This document shows positions 47,690 through 59,422 of a stretch of 64,000 nucleotides of DNA, piece by piece (positions within the stretch are counted from its first letter, which is position 1; every line of letters starts with the position of its first letter). Source of the stretch: Moniliella sp. 'wahieum' (lineage: Eukaryota); assembly GCA_003971905.1 (NCBI GenBank), contig RSEE01000034.1, forward strand, positions 372,001 through 436,000. Direction: 5' to 3'. The notes beneath the pieces were generated by a model, which saw only the letters and a program-made list of their open reading frames with translations, was not told the origin of the DNA and did not search any database. The position numbers and the translations under genes are program-made.

Positions 47690-49811
47690 ATCACCGGACT
47701 GGGCACAGGGGAGACAGGGCGACGGGGCCCGGGTTAGGAAACAGTTTTGCTGCAATTTGCGTTCCCGGCTGCCCCGGCGGTCGCCCCGGTTGCGCAACAA
47801 GGTGGCATTGTTCATGTTGAGCTCAAAGCCACCCACCTTGGGCTTGGGGGCCGCAGCCAACCGCGAAGCTAGCGGGCCGGCCCCCTTGCGCGCCGTGGTG
47901 TGGGCCGCACGGAGCGAAAGCGCAGCTGGAGCCTCCGCCTCTTGGGCACGAACATGTCGCTGCTGTGCCAACACTTCCACCACCCCCGGCGGCAAGTTTT
48001 GCGTCTCATCTTCCTCTTCTTCCTCGTTAAGCTGGAGCAGTCCCTGCCATGCACTGGCTAACGCATTGCGATGGTATGCCTCCTCTTCCATCCGGTGCAC
48101 AGCATAGGATACATCGAACGCTTCCCGAAGCTGATGCACGCCGGGTGTGGTCAACCCCATCCCGGCTCGCGCCTGGCGGCTGGCAAGATTGTCCCGCCGT
48201 AACGCGTCAAGCAAGGGAGAATCAAGGGGTGGGGTGCGAGTCACGGGCGCCTGGAGAGATATGGCAGTGGGGACGCTGGGTTGCGGTGGGGCGGGCTGGG
48301 GCGCTGCCCGGATCCAAGGATGAGCGAGGAACTGATCAATCGTGTATCGCTGCCGCGGATCGACGGTGAGGAGATGCGAGATGAGATCTTTGGATGATGC
48401 CGAAATCTCGTCCCACCAAGGGGAAAGGAACGTGTATTGGCCCCGGGCCACTTTTTCTGTGAGGACTTGGATGCTTTCGTCGTAAAAGGGAGGAAACCAC
48501 AGAGGATGGTGTACAAGACACACCCAAGAGCCCACATATCAACACTTTTGTTGTAAAACTGATCCTTCACAATCTCTGGCGCCGTATAGCCTGCCGTGCC
48601 ACACGGCGTCTTGGTCGTGGACTCCCATACGATCTTGGACAAGCCAAAATCGGCAATCTTGACCTTACCAATCCCTCCGCCTCCCACACCCGGAAGAAAT
48701 TGACCCTCGTCCTCTTTTTCCTGGTCGTACGGTCGGGTGACTGGTTGTTTGGACGGGAGGAAAGGGATGGGCTCAAACAGAATGTTCTCAGGCTTGATGT
48801 CACGGTGAACGACGCCTGCCTCTTCGTGCATATACCGAATGGCCTCGGCCACCTGCACAATCACATGACGCGCCAAATCCTCAGAGAAATAGGTGAGACG
48901 GGCAATCTGATGGAACAGTTCGCCGCCACGGGCCAGCTCGAGGATCAAAAGTAATAGTCCTCCGATTCGCTAAACTCGAGAAGTCGGACGATGTTGTCGT
49001 GCTCGAGTCCCCTCATGATCTGCACTTCTTTCAGAATGTTGGCTCGCTACCGAGAGGGAATCAGTAGCAAAGGTCAGCCGATCCGTGCCAGAGGGACTGA
49101 ATGAGTACTGTTGAGTACTGAATGGCGGCGGGGGAAACGTGACATAGATCCACATACCTCGGTCGCCTTGTTCTTCTTGCGGAACTTGGGATTGAGCCGG
49201 TCTGAGCCCAGCGGTTGAGCTCGTACTTGCCAACCACCTTGATAGCGCATTCCATCCCAGTCTCCCGATGGGCCGCTTTGTACACATTACTAAATGCGCC
49301 GTCGCCCATCTTGTCCAGCAGAGCATAACGTTCGGTCAATCCCTCGTACTCGGGCATACCAGCTTGAGACTTGGCTGCGCGCTCTTGTCGCTCCTGCTCG
49401 ACCAGTTGTTCCGCCACGTCGCGGTGGCGGTTGCGCGGCTGCGTGTCCTGGGCAAGAGTAGGAGTGGAACCCGGGAGGGGGGACAGACCATCATCGGATT
49501 TGAGCAGGGATTGGCTCACTAGCGGAGTCTGGTCGATTGTGTGCTTCGAACGATCGGCTGCCGTTGTGAAAAGCTCAGGTTGCAAGTCTGGAGCCAAAGC
49601 ACCGACCTCGACAAAGTCGAGGCTGGCATCGCGCATGGCAGGGACGAAAACAGTGGGCTCCTACCAGAGGTGGAGGTTGGCATGCCGGGTTAGTGTACTG
49701 CGAGTAAAGCAACCCGATGAAGGGGAAGGAGACGCACTTGGCGGGACAGCTGGAGTCAGCGGCTTTGCCGTGGCGAATGAAGTTGCGGAACTGTTCGAGC
49801 ACGACGGGCAT
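47690..49811 (-). CDS. CAMK-family MAPK-activated kinase (Srk1/Rck2/Cmk2-like)
   Basis: QFRNFIRHGK, LLDKMGDGAFSNVYKA, GGELFHQIARLTYFSEDLARHVI, HRDIKPENILF, GVGGGGIGKVKIADFGLSK, YTFLSPWWDEIS, LREAFDVSYAVHRMEEE, FELNMNNATLL. Introns and frameshifts; 3' end approximate. Confidence 0.9.
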
Positions 49812-51679
49812 CGTCGCTGGCACCCGGTGGGAAAGAGAAAACTGATAAGAGATGGTGGCGGTGCTGGATGGGAAGTTGGGGCTGTCACGAGAGTGAATGG
49901 GGGTCGGAGGGGGGTTGGGACGGTTGGGATGCCCTGGGATCACTAGTAAGATCACTCGATTACGTCTCAGAAAAGATCTCAGGTTGCGTCGTGCATGATA
50001 TAGGTGTATCATTATGATGGCAATGGATTTGTAGCAGGTATGCCAACACAGCTATAATAGCTTCACGATCTGAGTGCTGCTTCCAGCTGCTGCCCACAAG
50101 CCCGCGCGGCTTCAACGTGGACCTGCCTAATGGGACTGACCGGTGAGGGCAGGTACGAGCTGGTACAGCCTTTTTCCATTGCACTTGGCTGCGACGATTC
50201 CTATAGCTACTGCTGCGTAAGTTGCATTGCAGCCATACATAGACCTAGCTCGAGACCCACATCCGTGTATCATCTCCAGCCTGTCAGGCAGCCGACCATG
50301 ATGCATGATGCAGCTATCAGACATTCTCGATGGCCAATAGATCGCGAGGCTCGATCGGCACCGTCGTATGATGCGTGCGCTATCGCATCATCGGCCTCAT
50401 CCATCCACCGTTTATTGGGTCATAGCCATTGCACGCGTCACGCGTCAAGCTTCAAGCTCTTCAAGCTCTTCAAGGTGAACCACCCGTGGGCGATAGGCTC
50501 TCGATGGTCTTCCATGCACCATGGCAGATGCGGAGCGGCTGATGCACCGGTTGAGCGCTGATATTCATATAGGTAGTACACAAAGATATACATAGTTGAA
50601 CGTTTGATGCATTGATGCCGCTCTCAGTGCACGTTGCACCCTGCTGGTCTCCGTCACAACGCCACTCTCCTCCGTCCCTACTTGGGAACTGAACTTAGCC
50701 TCTGAGATCTGAATCCACCCCGGCGTCATATCCATATCCCCGCCCAAGCTGCGCCTGCTGATCCCCGCGTCCGAATCGACGAGAGAGAGAGATGGCTTTG
50801 GTTTCTTTCGTTTAGCTGTGGCGTTTTCTCTCTCCCTATTATCTGCGGTGTCCACCCCTCCGAGATCGGCTAGGCTCGGGTGCTTTGCCACCTGCCGCCG
50901 TAACATATCGACATGCTCGACGTCTCGCTGGTATGGGCGCTCAGGCTGAGCTCAGCATTGGACCCGTCGGACCCCATCGTTACCACGCTCTGCCAAGGCG
51001 TTCGGATGCGAACCATGATCGATGATTGATGATCGATGTATAACGATATCTTCAGAGCCCAGACTTGCTTTTGTCCTTCAGGCCTTCGATTGGCCAGGCC
51101 GAGGCCCACAGGGTTTCGAGTGCGACTGCCACGGGTGCGAGTGCCACTGGATCCTGTGTACACGACTGAGTCCGTCGGATCCTCGACAGGCTTGAACTTT
51201 GAAGCTTAAAGCTTGAAGCTTGAAGCTGGACCCCGGCGACCGGTGAGCATCGACCATTTTTTCACAGGAGGCACCATAGGACGCGGGCTGAGTGCTTGCT
51301 TGCTCAGGCGTTCAGGCTGAGCCAGGGTGGTGTGGATGGGGCCGCATCGAGCATCGGTCCAAGGCTATGCAAGCCGAGGGTGGAGGCGGAGGGGTGGGCT
51401 CCTTTTCGTAGTTGGTGCAGATGGCTGGGGCCATCGAGCACCATGCATCATGCACCAGGGATGCGATTGATGCATGACTGCCCCCATGCATGCTAGGGTT
51501 CGCCCATTGCACCGGGTCGGCAGAAGCAGCCCGCGTGGGTTGCAGCTGCAAGCTCCAAGCGGCCCCGAGTGAGTGCCAGGGCAGGTGAAGCGCAAGCCAA
51601 GCGCACCGCGGCGTGCTTCGCTTCCATCGCGACTGGCGATCGGCGCGTGGCTCGTGAGTACTGAGTTCGGAGGGTGGGT

Positions 51680-53193
51680 GGGATGCGGATGCGGTGGCGC
51701 GTGCGTGCACACGGGCGTATGCGGCGTTGCCCCGCGGTCGGGCAAGCCGGTGCAGACGGCGCAGCAGCGCCAGTGGACCGTCTTGGCCGGCGCTGTGCTA
51801 TCGTGGGCTGTGCCGCCGCCGCCTGGTCAGCCTGGCACAGACGAGCGGGAGTACGAGTACTGCGTGGTGAGTCTGGCGACCGGGGTCAAGTGTCTGCCGT
51901 TTGCGCTGGTGGGCGCACACGGGGACGTGGTGCACGACCAGCATGCGGAAGTGCTGGTGCGCCGCGGGCTGCGCCGCTGGTTCCTGCGCCAACTCTTGGC
52001 GGACACGGGGCAAGGCCCGGCACCCCTCCAGCCCCACCTGCCCTACCCTGTCTTTTGCCCGGTCCAGCAGGCCCACCAAGGCCCGCCCGCGTGGCACTGG
52101 AACGACGCGTACCAACTGAGCTTGTACGTGTCGCGGGTCCCGTGTGGCGCCGCGTCGGCGGCGCTGTTGCCCTCGGACGAACTGACGCCTGCTGCCTCCG
52201 AGCTCGGTTTGCCGCCCAGCCCCAGCCCCACAATCTCCACCTCCACCTCTACCACCGGTTCCCCTGGCGGCTCCGCCGTCGTGCGCGGCCGGACGGACCT
52301 GACGCAGCGCGACTCGGTGCGGACCAAGCCGGGCCGGACCGATGCGCCCGTGGCGAGCAGCATGTCGTGTTCCGACAAGCTGACGCTGTGGAACGTGGGG
52401 GTGTGCAGGGCAGTTTGCTGGCTGGGCTGGTACCGCAGCCGGTGCGGTACGCGCACCTGGTCATTGGTCTCGATGGCATGCGCGACGATGCAGACAGCCA
52501 GGCGGCGCTGGTGCAGCAGGTTACTCGGGCCATCGTAGTGCGCACCTCTGCCTTGCCCGCCGCCGGGCCGCCCGTGCAGGTGCACAGTACCGCCCACCCG
52601 TTTGTGCATGCGCACGACGCTGTGGTGACGTGCGCCGGCGGTCCCGTGCTGGCGTGTGCCGATGCGCTCAGTTTCGTGCCCGGGGGGGGGTGACCAAGCT
52701 GTCCCCGCTCGGGCTCAAAGCCGGTGCGCCAGCCAGCGCGCCGACGGCGGCGTGGGTGCCGTACGGGCGCAGGCGCGCAGCCCGCTGTGCAAAGCCGCGT
52801 GGTACACCGAGTTTGTTAGCTGTGTCCAGCGCTTGCCTGGGCCCAACGCGCCTCCCTGTCCTGCGGCGGGGGAAACCTATGGCCAAGCCAAGCACGCTGG
52901 TGCCAGTGCCGCCTACCGCGCGCCAAGGCTCGCGTCCGCGGCTCGGATGCGAGTGGCGTCGCGGCCTTACGCGCATTTTTGATCATGCACAACGTGCCCC
53001 TCCACCTTGGCCTCGGCACTTGGCCCACCCCCCGACCCCCGTACCCGTACCCGTGCCTGCTGCCCAGTCGGCGCCCTTGGCTGGCTGGCTCGTCACGGGC
53101 CCGTGTGCGAGTCGTTTCCGCTCTAACGGCCGTCCTGGCTCCTGCGCATCGCGGTGCTGCGGTAGCTCGCTGGCGGAGGCCGAGCGAGGTTGA
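51680..53193 (+). CDS. TAD1: tRNA-specific adenosine-37 deaminase (Tad1/ADAT1)
   Basis: WTVLAG, SLATGVKCLP, HDQHAEVLVRRG, LYVSRVPCGAAS, VRTKPGR, SMSCSDKLTLWNV.GVQGSLL, TYGQAK...YR, LAGWLVTG. Start and end approximate. Confidence 0.85.
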
Positions 53194-53860
53194 ACCGGCA
53201 GCGTGCGGGGGTGAGGGCATCCTCGGGGTGCGCCGAGGTCGAGGCGCAAGGACGCAGATTGCTGATCCGGGGGGCGGGGATAACGCTTGCAGGAGGCGTG
53301 CACGGCCTCGTTGCGTAGGTTGACACTAGCCCAAGCAACTTGGCCTACCTTGGCCTACACACGCCAGGCCGGTGCCATGCTCACCCTTCTCCCCTCACAT
53401 CTTTATGTACTTTACGCTGCTACGCTACTGTGGGGGGTAGGCTACAGCAATCTCCGACGCAGTGCCACGCGGTGGCCATTCGATGCGAGCACGCAACGAT
53501 GCGCGCTGCCGGCCATCCACGCTAGTGGGGGGAGGCAAGGGAGGGGAGAACCGAACCGAACTAAAGTGAACGACTATAGGGCGCGATGCAGACAAGAAAC
53601 AAGAATGACGTGGGGAAACGAGCGAGCCAATGCGGTAGGGAGGAAGAACAGGCAGAAATGATAGATGTACATCCGAGTCCAAAGAGAGATGTGCGTGGTG
53701 ACAAGGAGGAAAGAGAGAGGGGGCGGGGGGGAGGGCAAGAGAGAGTCAAAGGAGGGCAAGCGAAAGACAGGGAGACAGAGAGAGAGGGGGTGGGGGGGGG
53801 GGGGGAAGAAAGAGAAAGAAAGAGAAAGAGAGGTCCGGGGGAGACGCGACTAGGCAGTTG

Positions 53861-56149
53861 TCACGCAGCCACGTTGGCCATCTCAACCGCGTACTCGCAC
53901 CGGCGCTGCTGGGGGCTGGACGGACGCGAATGGCGCGGGGTAAGCGTGCCCGATCCCGAGGGGGAAGGGGAGCCCGCTGAAACGGTCGCCAGCGGGAGAG
54001 TGACGGGAGATACTGCGCCACTGGACGAGGCAGAGGAGGAGATGGACATGGACATGGGCAGCGGCAACGCCACGCTCGAGGGCGAAGCAGGGGCAGGCGC
54101 AGGCGCGGGCGCGGGGGCCGAAGGCGCACCCAGTCCCCGTGGACGGCACAGGCGCCCTAGAGAGCTGGGATGGCGCGAGAGCGCATCTCGATACCCACTT
54201 CGCGAAGCGCGCAGGCGGGGCGCTTCGCACGTCCCTTCCCCGTCGGCCTTGGTCGTAGTCCAGCTAGGGGGATGCGAAAGGGGTGGGTCCGTGTCGGTAG
54301 GAGAGGAGGGCTGGGAGGAAGAAGACGTGGCGGTAGATGTAGAGGTGGACCCAATGGGCACTAGGCCCAAGCCGCCAAATGCGCGAAACTTGGCTGGTGA
54401 CAGGGTCGTTGTTGAGATGGTCCCTGACGTACATACCGGGGCGATCAAGACAGGAACCTTGGCCTCCTCGTTCCGACCGGGCGCAAGGGACGATGCCGAG
54501 GGCTTCGGGCACGGCTGAGGCTGCCGACGGTCCGGATGCCATGCAGCCCGGCCGACGGCAGCGACGGCTGGGGATCCAGCACGTTGGCCGCCAGCAGCGT
54601 GCGACCTTTCGTCGCGAGGGGGGTGGAATGCCAGCGCCCTGCGGGATGGACAGCGGGTGCAAGTTGAGTGTCGGTCGGGAAAGGGGAGGAGAACGGGTTG
54701 AGCTCGAGGAACGAGGGGAGGAGGAGGAGCTGGCGCGATGAGGGGACAGGGGGGGAGCTAAGCTTACCCGCGCGCGAAAAGGCAGAGAGAGGATCTTCCT
54801 GGGTCCAGGGAGGCGCTGGCTGGCTTGGGCTGGACCCACGCGAGTCGGGGGGGAGGAGGGAGCGGGCACGGTGACCCATGCGAAAAATAGGACAGCGGGT
54901 CTTCCCCTGCGGGCGGGGAGGAAGAGGTGGGTGACAACTCGACACGGGGGATCGGTCCACACACGGACAAACGCGACGGGGAAGGATGCAAACTCAACCT
55001 GTCTGAGCCGCTTGGGCTGCGAGGGGACGAAGAAGGCAAGGGGCGAAGAGAGACGGCCGGCATGGGAAAATGCCGCGAGCGGATCCTGCGTTGGTGGCGC
55101 TGGACAACGCATGTGCGGCTGAACAGACGCATGGCAAGGCAACAAGTTAGACTGTTGTACCTGCGGGGAGAGTTTGCCCCCCTGGGAGAACGCAAAGAAA
55201 GGATCCTGTTGTGGATCGGGCTGCTGGGCGGGGCTGCTACTGCCTGGTTCGGAATCCATTCCCGTGTCCCCCGAAGAGACGTAGGGAGAGGTACTGGCGT
55301 CGTCATCGGGGCCCAAGAGCGAATGCACCTTGCGCCGCGAAGGAGGCGGTACAGCGTCCCCTATCCTTCCGGCCCGAATGACCGACAGTGCGGAAAGGTG
55401 CCGCAGCGCCGTCTCGGGCGGAGAGGAGCACGGTTGTTCCAGGGCCGTCTCCACTGGCGACCTCTGTCCCGAATGGTCGGGGGAGTGGGCAGGGGTATGT
55501 GCCGGCGTAGGGGCATCCCGATGCCCCGGTCCATCGAGCCCAGCTTGCCCCGCGCACGACCGACAAGGCCGACAGATGACGCAAGAGTGGTCGGGGGACT
55601 GCTCGGACGAAGACCGGGAGGTGGATTCTTCGCCACCAGAGGGGAAGAGCGAAGCTGGGCCAAGCTCGTTCGGGGCTGCTAGTGCCAAAGCCCGGACTGA
55701 GCCCCAGGCCGAACTGGGAGCCGAGACCCGTGGCGAGGGTGGCGCCGGTGGGGCTCATGGCTCCCGGGAGCGGGCGGCGGTCGTACGACTGGGGCGAGTA
55801 CGTGACGCCGACGGTGGTGGGCGCGCGGCAAAGTGGACGGTGCGGATGACACAAGAGGCGGGGGTGGGGTGGACCGCAGGAGCTGCCGGGGGGGGGGGGG
55901 TGTGGGGGATGGGCATGGGCATGGGCGTAGGCGTGGGCATGGGCGCGGCGGAGGATGGAGCGAGGGAGACGTCGGGGTGGGGTGGGTGGAGGCAGAAGAG
56001 GGGCAGCGCCCACTCGCTGTCGGCGGTGTCGTCGGGGTGGTCTGGGTCGTCGGAGGGGTCGGAGGGGTCGTCGGGCGGCGGGCGAGGGCGAGGGCCGGGG
56101 GCGGGGGGGCGGGGGCGGCGGCGGCGGGCGCGGGGGCGTCCGTGGCCAT
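53861..56149 (-). CDS. Ser/Pro-rich disordered protein with candidate PP1-docking motifs (SILK-like, RVxF, TYS...YDRR)
   Basis: Chain of frameshifted minus-strand ORFs (55679-56368, 55303-56217, 54264-55688, 54445-54960, 53861-54448). Motifs RSILRR and RTVHF...TYSPQSYDRRP. Confidence 0.55.
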
Positions 56150-57540
56150 GGCAGCAGCGGCGCAGGGACGGCGGAGGTGGTGTTTGCCCAGCGCAGGCGC
56201 CCAACGAACGCGCGCACACCAGTGGTGGTGGGGGGATGCTGCAGGGGGCGGCTGGCGTGCCCCCCTGCATTCTTCGAGCAGAGCAGAGCTCTGGCCAGCG
56301 GCGGCTGGCGGTGTGTGCGGCAGGCATGCCGTGTGCTGCATCACACGCCCGCTCACCACCGCCCCCACTCAGTACTCACCCCATGGCGCCCTGCCGCAGA
56401 CGCCCCGGGTGCGTTCGGGATGGCCCACTGGCTCGCCTGGGGCCCCGCGCCACGCCTGCGCCCCCGCAGCACGCCAGTGCCGCCGCGTGCAACCCGCTGC
56501 ACGGGGCAGCACGCGCACAGCACTGTGCGGCGCACCTGCATGCCGCGCCTGGCGCCAGGATGCAGTATGCAGTACGCAGCTGCCCACCGCGGCCAGCATC
56601 CATCGATGACCGCAGCCCGTGTCTGCCCTCTGCTCACGCTCACGCGCTCACGCCCCCAGCACCAGCCCCCAGGACCGCCACCCGTCCTGCACGCTGCACC
56701 GGCCATGCGCCAACCCCGCTCCTTGCTCGGCCGACTGGACCACCGTTTGCGAGCAGCACTGCCCATCCAATTGCCCGCCCCCGCGCCCGCCTGCGCCCAG
56801 CATGCAGCACTGCGCCAGCCCGCGCCTGCCTCAGCACACCCATGCACTGCCCCCCGCCGACCAGATCTCGGATCTCAGATCTCTGATCGCAATCTCAATC
56901 GCACCCATCATGCATCACCCGTCCCCGTCACACACCGTGCACCGCGAGTCGGCCCGCTGAGCGTGCATATTGCCTGCTCCTGCGCTCTGGCGTGGAGCTG
57001 GCCGCGCGCCTGGCCGTTGGCTGCTGCGTTCGGGGCGGCTCCAGCGCTGGCCCTGCTGGCCTCCTGCCCTCCGCCCGGCGGCGGCGCCCACATGTCACAT
57101 GTCGCACATCCTTCGCCCTCCTATCGGCGGCTGCACCAGTGCGACCACCACACCCATCATGCATCATGCACATCATGCAGCATTGTACGCTGTACCCCGT
57201 CTCGGCGTCGCCATCCGCATCATCGATTACCAATCAGGTAATCATGAATCATCCATCGTCTCGGCTCTTTGCACCCCTGTCCTCCCAGGTCCTCGCCCGC
57301 CCGCGCACCGCCTGCGGTTGAGCTGATTTCGATTACCCCATCGATCATCCATCCGCATCATCATCCGCACGCCTTTCACCGAGCCTAGCGTACCCCCCTA
57401 GATTGCCCGCTCGCTGGGGCCCCACCGCAACGGGGCAATACAGACTGCCCCCCTGCTGGCCACGGCAGTTATTAGTTACTGGTGACGCGCGTGCCGGCGA
57501 ATGCGAAAACGTGTGACATGTGATGATGTGACAATAACCC

Positions 57541-57566
57541 GTCACATGTCACATGTCACATGTGAC
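57541..57566. repeat. (GTCACAT)x3 + GTGAC array; related copies at ~28629, ~30605, ~57090, ~57514, ~58126, ~63762
   Basis: gtcacatgtcacatgtcacatgtgac seen directly. Confidence 0.8.
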
Positions 57567-58273
57567 TTGGACAGATCAACCTTAGGTAACCGGGAACCGG
57601 GAACCGGTAGCGTCTCCCCGCTCCACGTTGAAACGTTCAGATGGTAGATTCAGACCATCATGCATCATCAGCGCACTAGCCGACTCCCGCCTATTAGCTG
57701 CCCTCGCCTGCCTCCGCTGGAAGCGGCAAGCGGGAGCGCGCACCCCCACATCCCCCCACCATCCCATGGACCTTTCCCACGTCTTGGCACGCTCCGCGGA
57801 GGGCCTGAGGCGCTGTCTGTTCTGCTGACGCGCTGACATGGAAGGGTGAACGTTGAACGGTATTGACATGTTGACACTGCCTGTGAAGTCCCAACGTGAT
57901 GCGCGCGTGATGCGTGGCCGTGCAAAGTCATAGTCACCGGCCGGCCACGCCCTCCTACTGTGGCCTGGCCTGGCCCGCTGAAGGCCTCCGGTCCGGGACG
58001 AGGGAGGCCTGCGGCCTGGCGAGTGACTAGGGACTAGGGACTAGTGACTCTGGCCTGAGCGGCTAAGCCTGGTGGTGCTCCCGTGCCCGCTAGCTTGGCA
58101 CTAGAGCGCCTTGCGCTTGACACTTGTCACATGTGATGTCCGTCCCTGATTTTCGCCCACGCATCCGTTGCATCAGTGCCTCAGCCCAAGACACGTCTTC
58201 GTGCGGCATTGCATACCATACCCACACGGAGCACTGCGGATTATATCCTGTTTGGGTGGACTTCTTCCAGACT

Positions 58274-58294
58274 TTGAAGCTTGAAGCTTGAAGC
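58274..58294. repeat. (TTGAAGC)x3 array; further arrays at 58799-58826, 51190-51227 and inverted at 50445-50474 and 59324-59350
   Basis: Seen directly; all copies are intergenic. Confidence 0.85.
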
Positions 58295-59422
58295 TGCAAG
58301 GCTCGCTTCCGGCTCCGGGTGCAATCACCGATGCGCGACCGCCTCCCCAGGATGCACCCACCATCCTCCCCACCCGACCTACTTGCGGCAGGAAGGTCAG
58401 AAGCACATGCCGATCTCTCTCTCTGTCTGCCATCGACCAACATCCATCCCGCCAACCCTACCCCATAGGCTCAGCGGTAACGGGTAAGGGTAGCCCCGCG
58501 CTAAGCACCATGCACCTCCACCCACAGTAGACACCTCGTATTGGTCTCCTGTGTCTCCTGGGGCCTCCTGGCCGAGGGCGCGTGCGCTGCTGCGGCGAGG
58601 GGGGATGGAGTGCATGGGAGCGCGCGTAGACGGAGCGGCTCAGGCTGGGCGTTAGGCGCTGGACGGACGAGATTCCGCAGAAACGCGCACCGCGCGCAAC
58701 GGTACAAGCCCCACGGTTCGCCGCGTTGCTTACAACTAAGTGGGAAGCTAGCTGGAGCTGGCTACTAGTAGCCCTAGGTACTGACCACTGGCCCAAGTTT
58801 GAAGCTTGAAGCTTGAAGCTTGATGCCAGTTGCGGCCGTCGCGCCGCTGCCCTGACCGGCTCGCGCTCCCGGATATCATCTACAGCGTTGATTCAACCGG
58901 TCACCGGCGCCCCTCTTCCGCGCCGATTAGACGCGGTCAAGGCAGCTGCCTCCCGCGCTCGCCCTGATCCAGGGGGCGGGAGCCCCAACCGTGTTGGAAA
59001 TCGGCCGGTGGATCCTCTTCGGCGTCCGATCAGAGGCTAACAAACTACCCCTGCCTTGCCTTGCCCGCCCTGCCCCATCCCATCCCACGCCTCACGCCTC
59101 ATGTCTACAATCCCATCCCCTCAGCTTTGCGTAGGCCCGCGCGGGTCGGGCCGGCGGCAGGATAGGACCAAAGAAAGAGATAAGAGCACAACACGGCAGA
59201 TGCACGATGCGCAGCAGCAAGCCAACTAGCCGGCTATGGTCCGGTGGTCCGGCCCAGTTCTGCGCGGCCTCGGTCCAGAGCACGAATCAGTAATCTACGC
59301 AGCCAAGTCTCGGGCCTCGGGCCTCAAGCTTCAACCCTCAAGCTTCTTCAGGGCAGCTGGGGCGCCACCTTGGATTCCCCGCCGCAGCGCGCGCGACCAA
59401 GCTACCCGCCGCCCTGGCCTGT

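Noticed and set aside
2748..53193. Mass pseudogenisation or programmed ribosomal frameshifting
   Set aside because: Essential single-copy genes are affected, motifs are otherwise intact and no common slippery site is evident. Sequencing indels are the simpler explanation.
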